Source: Octopus vulgaris (Eukaryota). Taken from it: a stretch of DNA of 64,000 bases. How positions within the stretch are numbered: the stretch's first letter is position 1; each line of letters begins with the position of its first letter. Under the pieces are notes generated by a model. The model made no database searches. It was not told where the DNA came from and saw only the letters and a program-made list of their open reading frames with translations. Below are positions 24,530 to 36,374 of this stretch, one piece after another. Location of the stretch: contig OX597822.1 in NCBI GenBank assembly GCA_951406725.2, positions 90,272,001 through 90,336,000 on the forward strand. Reading direction: 5' to 3'. The translations under genes and the position numbers were made by a program.

Positions 24530-24895
24530 CTTTTATTCTTAACTTGTTTCAGTCATTTGACTGTGGCCATGCTGGAGCACTGCCTTTAGTTGAACAAATC
24601 GACCCCAGGACTTATTCTTTGTAAGCTTAGTAATTATTCTATCGGTATCTAAGTTAAGGGGATGTAAACACACCAACATCGGTTGTCAAGCAATAGTCGG
24701 GGGGACAAACACACACACACATATATATACATATGACAGGCTTTAAGTTTCCATCTACCAAATCCACTCACAAGGCCTTGGTCAACCTGAGGCTAAAGTA
24801 GAAGACACTTGCCCAAGGTGCCACGCAGTGGGACTGAACCTAGAACTATGTGGTTGGGAAGCAAACTTCTTACCATAAAGTCACTCCTGCGCCTA
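24530..24895 (-). mobile_element. OR1-like CORE SINE
   Basis: Reverse complement of 40135-40512. Confidence 0.85.
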
Positions 24896-24899
24896 TGAA

Positions 24900-26650
24900 A
24901 AATAAAAAAATAAAAAATGGGGTAACAATCTGTGAAATTTCGGGTTCCCCAAAGCTTTGCATATAACTCTTCTTTCAGAAAAGAATAAAGAAACAAAGAA
25001 GGTAGGGCGGAAGGAAGTGAGTTGACTATTTCGCTTAAATTAGTTCTAAAATGTCTCCAAAATCATGGTACAATTGGAAATTCTTACATACTACGCCACC
25101 AAGTTTATAAATTATGCTATTGACCTTCCGTACATTCAAGTAGGCAATGGTTAGAGATTTTTATACAGAAATAGTTTGCATCAGCTATCCCAGATATCCA
25201 TGAAACCGGATGTAACATTTTGTTAAAGTAAACACATCGCACATGGTACTTGGAACTTACGCGATGAAAATTACATATCTAACCAATACAAAGAATTAGT
25301 AAATTTTATTATCGTTAAGTGTTGTCCCAAATAATTCCAATCATCTTTGAAAAAAATCTATTTTTACAGACAATACCATAAAAAAATGGTAATATTTATT
25401 TTATTTGCTAGAACAATAATTCCAGAAAAAAATTCCAATAGGATGGAAATAAATTAAAACTACCGCAATATTTTTACATTTACTAACCGTGGGAAAATAT
25501 TTAATTTTGGTAAAGTACGACATTTCGGATTTATAGTTGTGAGAAAATGGTATGTTATACAGTTAACATTTTCCCAAGGTCATTAAATGCATAAATAAAG
25601 GGGAAGACCTGAAGTTTTTACTCGATAACCTAATCAAACCCAGGCAAAACGATAATACATCCAAATGCATTTCACCTAATGAAAATAGAAATTTAAATTT
25701 TACTGTCCTCTTTCTCGCTTTCTTCTACAAATCTAATGGTCAACTTCGAGTGGTACATATTTTGTATGAAAATTTTCGTCAGTTTTATTACCATTAATAA
25801 TATCCTGTGTTTGTTTATATGCTGGTCAAGTTAGTCGTTTTGAGTATCGTAACGCCTTCGACTTGGTGTCAGCTATTTTACTCAAGAAGTTATGTGTTTG
25901 GCATAAATGATTACCGTTTCAGCTCCATAGAATACGATTGTTTTTGTCTATCTTGATTTTGATAGAGAGGTCGAATAAAAGCAGCAGCAACCTTTACCAT
26001 TCTGTGTTGTTAATTTGAGGTTAGCTTGACAGGAACAACCTTTACTTTAAGGAATTGTTTAACTCTATTGATGAATTCGCTCCAAATACCCAAAATTATT
26101 TTTCAGAGATTGAAGTTTCGGATCTGAGCACATCTACCCATATTTAAGTATTTTGATAAAGTTACGTCCCTTTGTCGTTGCTGTATAAAATATCCGAAAC
26201 ACTTTTCTAAGAGGATGTAATAGGTTTCCTCAGCAGGTTAGATAACGAATAACTGCATTTTTAAGAGTCCATAATCTAGTACTAATGTTTATACTATTTG
26301 ATTTCCATTTTCTAAAAAACTATTCCTTCGAACATTCCCTAAAAAGCGCGATAACATTCTTCAGCGGACACTAAATCTCATTTGTATTTTTTAAATTTTA
26401 GTTTCTTGTCTGTTGCTTCGTTAAACGAATCTTCCGTCAGCAATCTTAACGCCCCTCAATTAAGGGTTCTAGCAAAAGGGAAAACTGCTCACTTCGTCTA
26501 CCGTTACCAAATGTTTTTCTAAGGTGTAAAGCGAACGTAGCAGCAAACACTAAGAAACGTTACATGGTTGGTTCATTTTCTTGGTCATTTTGAACCAATC
26601 AGACCATTTCCTTTTGTTGCAAATCGTTTTTTACTGATAGACCACAGTTA
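24900..26650. promoter_or_regulatory. Unique CpG-retaining island; candidate promoter or non-coding first exon
   Basis: No recognisable repeat and many CG dinucleotides compared with the flanks. AACCAATCAG at about 26593 and GGGCGG at about 25005. Confidence 0.35.
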
Positions 26651-27949
26651 CTGTTTTCATCTATGTTGTTTTGGTACCTAAAGTTGCCTGAAGAGGAAAA
26701 GATAGCTGTCTTTAAGACTAAATACACAGATATTTTACTTTAACAAATTACATTATTTACATTTGACGGATATTTAAATATAGAACTGTTTTAACAAATT
26801 AGTTGTGCTTCAGATTCTTTGTCAGTAAGGCATTCTCTCTTTGTCCTTTTCTGGACAACAGTCTCAAATTCATCAACATTCCAGCCAAATACTGCAGCAG
26901 ATTATCACTCAGTTGCCTTCAGAACTACAATCAACTACTATTAACAAGATGTAAGGTCACAGTATAAACAAAACATGACATCTGTACCTTTAGAATTACA
27001 ACCAGTTGCCATGAAACTCTGTCATCATCACAGAACTAACCACAGCAACCAACATATTTCCTACTTATCAACTTTTACCAACTTCTCAACTGAAAATACC
27101 AACTCTATGTCAGAACACCATCTTCTCTTCATATCAACACAAGTTATTACAAAGTGTTGACCAGAATAACAGACCAGATATTTCCAACTCTTGAATAAAA
27201 GACATTAGGTAAAAATATTACAATTGTTATTCTTTGTCTCACTCTTGTTCTGCCTTAAAAATTCTATTAGTAACTCTAGCATTATTACATTCTTTTGAGG
27301 TTTTGCTGTTGATGTCTGTTGGGCTTTTTATAATAGCCTTTGTGTTGTCTGACATAGATACCATGTTTTGTTTATACTGTGGCATCATGTTCTAAAATGC
27401 AAACAGTAGTGTTTATTTGATGGTTGACTGTCATGTACTTTGAGCTTCTACACACTTCAATATTTTACTTTGCATGCATGTTGAAAATGTATACATACTT
27501 TTGGTTGTTACAGCTGTATATATTTTTTATTTCATACAAACATGTACACATGCATATATTTTTGCCACCATAATCTTGTGTTGTTCAAAAATTTGGAATT
27601 CTATACACAGCAATATTATATTTTCATCTATCAGTTCCAAACTTAATATTATTTAGATTGCTAACATTTCTCGTCTAAAGCCTTATTTGATCTCAATGTT
27701 TTTGTATTGTAGCTTATAGATGTTTCTGTTCCATTCAGATGTACTTACTATCTTGAATAAAAGATGTGTTTCAACAATACATATGTGTTGGAGTTAAGAT
27801 TTGCATTTCTGCAATGGAACCATTAATAGTGGAATCAAGCATCACTAGATAACCTTTTTTCATTCCATCACAATCACTCACCAACCATTAAAATTTTACA
27901 AGTATGTAAATTTTAATTGCTTGTAGAATTTCTAGATTTCATGGTAATG

Positions 27950-30006
27950 GTACCAGGAGGCATTCCCAATGACTGGTGTAGCAGTACCATAGTCAACTGC
28001 TACAAAGGTAAAGGTGACGCATTAGATACAAATAATTACAGCGGTATCAAGCTGTTGGATCAGGTAATGAAAGTCATGGGGAGGGTTGTAGCCCAACCGA
28101 TTAGTGAGAGGGTCAGTCAAGACGAGATGCAGTTTGGGTTTGTGCCAGGGAAATGCACCACTAATGCTATATTTCTGGTAAGACAGCTGCAGGAGAAATA
28201 CCTAGCCAAAGATAAACCCCTGTACCTGGTTAGTGGAAATGGTTAGTGAGAGCTGTGCAAGCCATGTACAGGGATACTGTCAGTAAGGTGAGGGTTGGCA
28301 ATGAATACAGTGAAGAATTCTGGGTAGAGGTAGGGGTCCACCAAGTTTCAGTCATCAGCCCCCTCCTATTTATCATTGTCCTCCAGGCAATAACAGAGGA
28401 ATTCAAAACAGGATGCCCCTGGGAGCTCCTCTATGCTGATGACTTTGATCTTATTGCTGAGTCACTATCAGAACTAGAGGAGAAGTTTCAGGTGTGGAAG
28501 CAAGAATTAGAATAAAAGGACCTTAGAGTCAACCTAGCTAAAACCAAAGTCTTAATAAGTAGGAAGGCAGACAAACCACAAATCCCTTCAGTTAGATGGC
28601 CCTGCTCAATCGGTAGAAAAGGCGTAGGTAGAAACTCCATAAGATGTACCCAGTGTAAGTTATGGACACATAAGAGGTGCAGCAATATCAAAGGAAGACT
28701 AACTGGGAAGATAGTTTTTGTATGTAGCAGATGCTCAGGAGCAGTAAACACTGAAAATGTGCAGAGAACAACTTCTACCACATTCCAGGGAGAAAAACTA
28801 GAAGTATTTGATAGGTTCCATCACCTAAGTGACCAAGTCAGTAGCAGGGGTGGTTGCTCTGAAAGTGTAGCTGCTAGAATAAGAATATCCTGGGCAAAGT
28901 TCAGAGAGCTCCTACCTCTGCTAGTGACAAAGGGCCTCTCGCTCAGAGTAAAAGGTAGACTGTATGATGCATGTGTACAAACAGCCGTGAAACATGAGCC
29001 GTGACTGCTAAGGACGTGTGTAAGCTTGCAAGGAATGAAGCCAGTATGCTCTGCTGGATGTGTGACAGAGTGTAAGTGTCTTGAGAGAAAAGTTGGACAT
29101 AAGAAGCATCAGATATGGTGTGCAAGAGAGACGATTGTGCTGGTATGGTCATGTGGTGAGAATGGGTGAGGATAACTGTGTGAAAAAGTGTCACACCCTA
29201 GCGGTTGAGGGAACCTGTGGAAGAGGTAGACCCAAGAAGACCTTGAATAGGGTGGTGAAGCACAACCTTCGAACATTAGGCCTCACCAAAGCAATGACTA
29301 GTGACCAAGACCTTTGGAAATATACTATGCTTGATAAGACCTGGCAAACAAAGTGAAACCATAATCCGTGGCCTATGCCAGTGGTGTAACCAGCCCACTT
29401 ATGCATACCTTTCTTTTATTGGGCACTAAACTCTGCTTGTGAAGACCATTGGACACTAAACTCTGCTTGCAAAGACCTGTTGAGGCAAGTGAAATCAAAA
29501 TCAAATTCACTGATGTGGCCGATGACAGCACCGCCTGACTGGCATCCGTGCTAGTGGAACATTAAGAGCACCATCCGAGTGTGATCGTTTCCAGGGCTGC
29601 TGACTGGCTCCCATGCCGATGGCACATAAAAAACACCATTTGAGCGTGATCATTACCAGCGTCACCTTACTGGCACTTATGCCAGTGGCACATGAAAAAC
29701 AACATTCAAGCAAGGTCATTGCCAGTGCTGCTGGACTGGCTCCTGTGCAGGTGGCATGTAAAAAGCACCATTTGAGTGTGGCCATTGCCAGTACCACCTG
29801 ACTGGTCTTTGTGCCGGTGGCACATAAAAGCATCCACTACACTCTCAGAGTGGTTGATGTTAGGGAGGGCGTCCAACTGTAGAAACTCTGCTGGATCAGA
29901 TTGGAGTCTTGTGCAGCCATCTGGCTCGCCAGTCCTCAGTCAAACTGTCAAACCATCCAACCCATGCCAGCATGGAAAGCAGATGTTAAACAATGATGAT
30001 GATGAT
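27950..30006 (+). mobile_element. 5'-truncated RTE-clade LINE with intact 3' UTR and (GAT)n tail
   Basis: IPNDW..YKGKGD, EMQFGFVPGK, GVHQ.SVISPLLF, LLYADD, WYGHVVRM, GRGRPKKT. 3' UTR with about 60-bp repeats, ending aaacaatgatgatgatgat. Internal deletion and stops. Confidence 0.93.
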
Positions 30007-30019
30007 AGCTCAACTAATT

Positions 30020-31040
30020 AGGAAGAGAGTCTAGATGCAGTTTGGTTTTGTGCCTGGGAAAAGCACTACCATTGGTATATTCCTGGTAAGTAGGAGAAGT
30101 ACCTAGCCAAAAATAAACCTCTGTACTTGGCTTTTGTTAATATGGAAAAAATGTGGAAACTAGGGGTAGATGAGTGGTTGGTGAGAGCTGTACAAGCCAT
30201 GTACAGGGATGCTGTCAGTAAGATGAAAGTTGGCAACAAGTATAGCAATAAATTCAGTATACAATTAGGAATTCACCAGGGATTAGTTCTCAGCCCCATT
30301 TGTTCATTGTAGTCCTCAATGTCATAATAGACGAATTTAAGACAGCCTGCTCTTGGGAGCTCTTCTATGTTGATGACCTTGTTCTTGTAGCTGGATCACT
30401 ACCAAAACTAGGGAAGAAGTTTAAGGTCTGGAAGCAGGACTTGGAATCAAATGGCCTGCTTGATATGTAGAAAAGGTGTAGGTAGAAACTCCATAAAGTG
30501 TATCTGGTGCAAGCTATGGACACATAAGATATGTAGTAGTATCAAAGGAAGGTCAACAGAGAAAGTAGTCTTTGTGTATTGAAGATATGCTGGTACAATA
30601 AACATGAAGAATGTGCAGAAAATAGACTTCATCAAATGCCTGGCAGGGATACTTACAAGTAGTAGATAACTTCCATTACCTGGGTGACCAAGTCAGCAGT
30701 GGAAGAGGATGCTATGAGAGCATGGCTGCTGGAATAAGAACAGGCTGGGCAAAATTCAGAGAGCTTCTACCTTTGTTGGTAATAAAGGACGTCTCCCTCA
30801 GAGTAAAAGGCAGGTTGTATGATGCCTGTGTGCAAACAAATGGGTTGTGACTATAGAAGACATGCAAAGTCTTGAAAGGAATAAAGCTAGCATGCTCTGC
30901 TGATGGGTAATGTCAGTGTGCATGTATGACTGAGTGTAAGTGTCTTAAGAGAAAAGTTGGGTATAAGAGACATCAGATGTAGTGTGTAAGAGAGAAGACT
31001 GTGCTGGTATGGTCATGTGATGCATATAGGTGAGGACAGC
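30020..31040 (+). mobile_element. Second, older RTE LINE fragment
   Basis: MQFGFVPG, LGVDEWLVRAVQAMY, LFYVDDL; collinear with the preceding copy. Confidence 0.88.
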
Positions 31041-31335
31041 TGGTGTAGTTACATGACACCAGCACTATACTGATAATCACATCCTTCACATGTCTAGAGG
31101 AATTTCATGACTCCAAATGTCTGCTCACTCATCAACTTCTGTACAGAGTGAGTGGCATGAATGATAGTAATAAATGATTGATAATATGGTCTGTGATAGG
31201 GGAATTAACATAACTGAGATGTTAATACTATTTGAATTTATTGGTATCTGATTGTTTGATATAGTTGACCAAGTTTGCTTAATACTGAGTGATTTGAAGA
31301 TATCTGCCTGAATTTATTAATCCCTTTATCTATTG

Positions 31336-31408
<73 letters not shown>

Positions 31409-31670
31409 CATCATCATCATCATCGTTTAACGTCTGCTTTCCATGCTAGCATGGGTTGGACGGTTCAACTGGGGTCTGGGGAGCCCGAAGGCTGCACCAG
31501 GCCAGTCAGATCTGGCAGTGTTTCTACAGCTGGATGCCCTTCCTAACGCCAACCACTCCGAGAGTGTAGTGGGTGATTTTATGTGCCCCCGACACAGGTG
31601 CCAGACGAGGCTGGTGAACGGCCACGCTTGGATGGTGTTTTTTATGTGCCACCGACACAGGTGCCAAAAG
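31409..31670 (-). mobile_element. RTE 3'-tail element next to (TA)n
   Basis: Nearly identical to 34170-34430. Confidence 0.88.
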
Positions 31671-31962
31671 CAAGTTGTCTGTTTCTGTCAAGTTGCTGTC
31701 TACACTTGTCAACAGATTTTTGTGTAACTTTGCAAACATGCTAAAGAAGTGGCATGAAGTTTGTTACTAGGCACTTTGAAGTTTAATAAAAATCTATAAT
31801 TGGATGGCTACAGCTCATAAGAAGAATCCGCATTCATTTTCCTGTATATAATAAATGAAAAAATGTATAATAAATACTTCTCAATTTATTAAACAAGCAT
31901 TCTACATTAGGTGGATTTTCTTACAAGAAATTGTCAGACAAGATCAGTGATTTTATTTGGTA

Positions 31963-32328
31963 CTAGCAGTATCGCTCGGCGTTGCTCGGGTTTGTTTCGA
32001 CCCTTTAGAATTGGAATTTTTGAAAAGTAAAAATTTTGCATTATGTAGCTTGTTATTCTCTTTAAGTGAACATTTTTCTGGTTGAAATACACCGAAAAAT
32101 GGAGATACAGCAGTCAGAAAAACGTAAAAAATAGGGATTTTCATAGAAAAAAAAGCACCTTTTTGATGTAAATAATTTTTGGTGTTAACATGGTCCAATT
32201 TAAAGCCTTCTTCTATCATACTCTCAATTTTGGTCAACTTGCGCCGCAGGGTCTCGGAGGAGATAGTGTTAGTTGAAGGCTACCAAACCTGCCATACACA
32301 GACAACTTCAGCTTTATATAGAGAGAGA
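31963..32328 (-). mobile_element. Non-autonomous Helitron
   Basis: On the minus strand: A|TC start (32328), GC-rich subterminal hairpin CCCGAGCAACGCCGAG, CTAG|T end (31963), no TSD. Confidence 0.82.
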
Positions 32329-32549
32329 TAAATGAACCATGCTTATTTTTTAGTATTTGAACTGTGAGAATTATTTTCGCAATTTACCCAGTACAACCCT
32401 TAAACAAGTAAATAATATTTTCCTAAACAGAAGATCCACTTATTTCAGTTAGTGATTATACCCACAAATATACCATGAATGACAATGCCTTTCATGTCAC
32501 TTGAGCCAATTGACACGCGCTGCATGAAGATCTGTTTTGCTTTTAGACA

Positions 32550-33125
32550 AATGCACTGTCATCACAAATGTCACACCCTGTTTACATGTTGGTTCACCTT
32601 CTTAATTTGTATTGATAGATGTGTTAATGTTTTGTAATGATGTACTCTATGTAACAACCAACCACACAAGCAGAAAGAAATTGCCATTTATCTATCAATA
32701 ACATTGCAATCTGCACTGTCCTCATACAGTTCACACGCTGTTTCCATGTAGGAACATTTTCTTAATTTATATTGATAGCTGTGTTGATGTTTTCTTAACA
32801 TGTACACTTTACTTTTCTACCATAGCCAAGGGGAAATAACCCATTTAAAATCCCTTATTTTTCTTTTCCGTCCACTGGTCATCTGCACTGCCATAAAGGT
32901 CACATGCTGTTTACATGTTGGAACACCTTCTTAATTTGTATTGATAGATGTGTTAATGTTTTGAAATGATGTACTCTATGTAACAACCAGCCACACAAGC
33001 AGACTGAAATTGTCATTTTTCTATCAATAACATTGCAATGTGCACTGTACTCCTACAGTTCACTCGCTGTTTCCATATAGGAACATTTTCTTAATTCATG
33101 TTGATAGCTGTGTTGATGTTTTCAT
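32550..33125. repeat. Tandem repeat of about 160-170-bp monomers in A-B-A-B order
   Basis: tgcactg...ctgttt(a/c)catgt...cttaattt..attgatag units start near 32552, 32712, 32884 and 33042. Confidence 0.85.
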
Positions 33126-33689
33126 ACGTGTTGTAAATGTATTGATAATCTACATGTTATTTTATTTTAAAATCAATATACAAATTTGTATGTCTACTGT
33201 AAAACTAAATGTCAGTATGTTTCTACACTCATTGTAAATCTATTTCATCTATTTCAACACTAGTGCCCCTGAAGGTAATATTCTCTGGGAATGCATAAAA
33301 GCCCTTTTCAGAATTATTTACTTTGAATTGTTATTATGTAACATGCTTCACGATTTTAGTACACATAACTTATTGGTATTTCCTCCTAAGTTCTATATAC
33401 TCTGGGAATGCATTAAAGCCCTTTTCAGGGTTACTATATTTGAATTCTTACTATTGGGTAACTAATTTCATGTTATTATGTAACTGACTTCACAATTTGG
33501 GTATCCATAATTTATTGGGATTTCCTAAAAACAACATCTTATGTAAAACAGTTCAGTATTCTCTGTAAAAGCACAAAAACCGTTTTAAGGGCTACATACT
33601 TTGTAATGTAATTGGATTCGCGAAACAATTATGAGAACGGAACCAAAAGATATCCCTGCTACTCCAGGAATTATTGGGTGTGTCAGCTA

Positions 33690-33730
<41 letters not shown>

Positions 33731-33792
33731 TATGTGTATGTATGCATATATATAGATATATACTTTTATTAAAGCTACACAATTATTGTGAG

Positions 33793-34065
33793 ACTGTTAC
33801 TCAGAGTTTCATATTCCCATTCATTGGACAGTTATGATGAAAATTGAATTAAAATTGTGATGATACATGTAATATAGTGTGATGTAATGTAATTCAAATA
33901 CACAAATAAGCATTTAAATTTGAAATCTACCCAATCAAATTTATGTGTTTATTTGTGAATTTGAATTACATTTCATCATACCATATTACCTGTACCATCA
34001 CAATTTTAATTCAGTTTTCATCACAACTGTCCATCAAATGGGAACATGAAACTCTGAGGAACAGT
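33793..34065. mobile_element. Palindromic MITE
   Basis: actgttactcagagtttca... pairs with ...tgaaactctgaggaacagt; arms of about 125 bp. Confidence 0.85.
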
Positions 34066-34160
34066 GTTGTGATAAAAGCATATTACTCTGCCTTTGGTAT
34101 TTGAGTACTATTTTTTCCACCTTGTTTTGCACTTATGCACTCACCTGTGTGTGCGTATAT

Positions 34161-35240
34161 ATCATCATCATCATCATCATCATTTAGCGTCCGTTTTCCA
34201 TGCTAGCATGGGTTGGACGGTTCAACTGGGGTCTGGGGAGCCCGAAGGCTGCACCAGGCCAGTCAGATCTGGCAGTGTTTCTACAGCTGGATGCCCTTCC
34301 TAACGCCAACCACTCCGAGAGTGTAGTGGGTGATTTTATGTGCCACCGACACAGGTGCCAGACGAGGCTGGCGAACGGCCACGCTCGGATGGTGTTTTTA
34401 TGTGCCACCGACACAGGTGCCAGACGAGGCTGGCAGACGGCCACGCTCGGATGGTGTTTTTATGTGCCACCGACACAGGTGCCAGATGAGGCTGGCGGAC
34501 GGCCACGATCGGATGGTGTTTGTTACGTCCCCAAAGCACGGAGGCCAGTCTATGCGGTACTGGCTACGGCCACGTTCGGATGATTTTCTTGTGTGCCACC
34601 GGCACTGGTACCACAAAGATACAAATTCCATTGATGTTCATCTATTTTGATTTGTTTTGATTTGATTTGATTTGATTTTCACTTGCCTCAACAGGTCTTC
34701 ACAAGTGTCACAAGAAGGAAGGTATGCACAGGTGGACTGACTACGTCCCAGGTAGGGGCCACGGGTTATGGCCTGACTAGTCTTGCCGGGTCTTCGGATG
34801 GTGTTTTTATGTTCCACCGACACAGGTGCCAGATGAGGCTGGCGAACGGCCACGATCGGATGGTGTTTGTTGCGTGCCCACAGCACGGAGGCCAGTCGAT
34901 GCGGTACTGGCTACGGCCATGTTCGGATGGTTTTCTTGTGTGCCATCGGCACTGGTACCACAAGATACAAATTCCATTGATGTTCATCTATTTTGATTTG
35001 ATTTGATTTGATTTTCACTTGCCTCAACAGCACTTGCCTCAACAGGTCTTCACAGGTCTTCACAAGTGTCACAAGAAGGAAGGAAGGTATGCACAGGTGG
35101 ACTGACTACGTCCCAAGTAGGGGCCATGGGTTATGGCCTGACTAGTCTTGCCGGGTCTTCGGTTGGTGTTTTTATGTGCCACCGACACAGGTGCTAGATG
35201 AGGCTGGCGGACGGCCACGATCGGATGGTGTTTGTTATGT
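34161..35240 (-). mobile_element. RTE 3'-UTR element with internal tandem duplications
   Basis: (cat)n tail, about 61-bp gatggtgtttttatgtgccaccgacacaggtgccaga units, and a duplicated block of about 350 bp. Confidence 0.88.
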
Positions 35241-35769
35241 GCCTACATCAATATATATATATGAAACCCGAACACATATGTACATGTATATATATGTATA
35301 TATATATATATATATTTGTAAAAAATGAAGTTCGAAAATGCTGCTGTATTATACAATTTTTAATTTTTATATATATACATTATAACATGTTTCAGTTCCT
35401 GAAATGAACTTTATCAAAAAAAGTTATATATAAAAAAGACAGCTCATGCCGTCAAACACAAGAAATTCATTTATAATACACAACGGAGTCAGACATCTTA
35501 GAGTTCATGTATAGTTGATATATAGTTTGAAGTATATGTTCAAAGTGTTCGATGCAGTAGCCCACGGTGGCGATACGTATTCAATACAAAAAACAGATCA
35601 AAGTGGTGGAAAGCGGTCAATACAGAAGATTGATGTTTCCGAAAGAGCGAGGAATTCATTTTTACCTTAAGCAAATGTGATGACCCATGGTGGATGTTCG
35701 CTGGGTGGTTCTAATGAGTTTTTGTGAAGTGTTCGGTTTTATAATGCCTGTTAGGTGGTCAATTCAGCG

Positions 35770-36205
35770 TAGTGTGACGTCATCAACGTTTTAACCAATC
35801 GTTTCATTAGGTGGCTTTAGTCAAGTGGAACGGGACGTCATCATTATTTTGACCAATCGCTGCATTATAACTGCCTCTTGTTTGTTTTCCTGTTTTGACC
35901 AGTCGCTTCGTTAGTCAAGTAGAACGGGACGTCATCATTATTTTGACCAATCGCTGCATTATAACTGCTTCTTGTTTGTTTCCTGTCCTGACCAGTCGCT
36001 TCGTTAGTCAAGCAGAACGGGACGTCATGCAGATTCTGCCCAATCACGACTTATAGCTACATTAGATCTGCCACCTGTCTGTACTTGTTAGGTGACTATT
36101 CAAGCAGAAAAGGACGTCATCAATATTCTGACTAATGACTGTCCCCTGTTTGTATCCTGTCCATTCTAGCTGAGCTAGACGTCATCAACTTGTTGACCAA
36201 TCAGA
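35770..36205. repeat. Tandem repeats of about 94 bp in the PLE 3' region, containing GACGTCA and CCAAT
   Basis: tagtcaag..gaacgggacgtcatcattattttgaccaatcgctgc units at 35818, 35912 and 36005, with degenerate copies beyond. Confidence 0.85.
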
Positions 36206-36374
36206 ATCGGGTCTGACCCTTAGCTGTATCGTATGTATCAGGGTCAGATTTGCACGAAAGAATTTTTTTCCCCTTTTTTTTACTTAGGTATATTTCCGTC
36301 AGAGTGAGTGTCTGTTTGAAGTAGTGGTCGTGGTGGAATTTTGCTTCTCCTTTTCGGAGGACTTATCTTTTGTT

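Noticed and set aside
34184-35006. Overlapping ORFs on both strands
   Set aside because: A by-product of GC-rich tandem units in the RTE 3' UTR; the same peptides recur in every copy.
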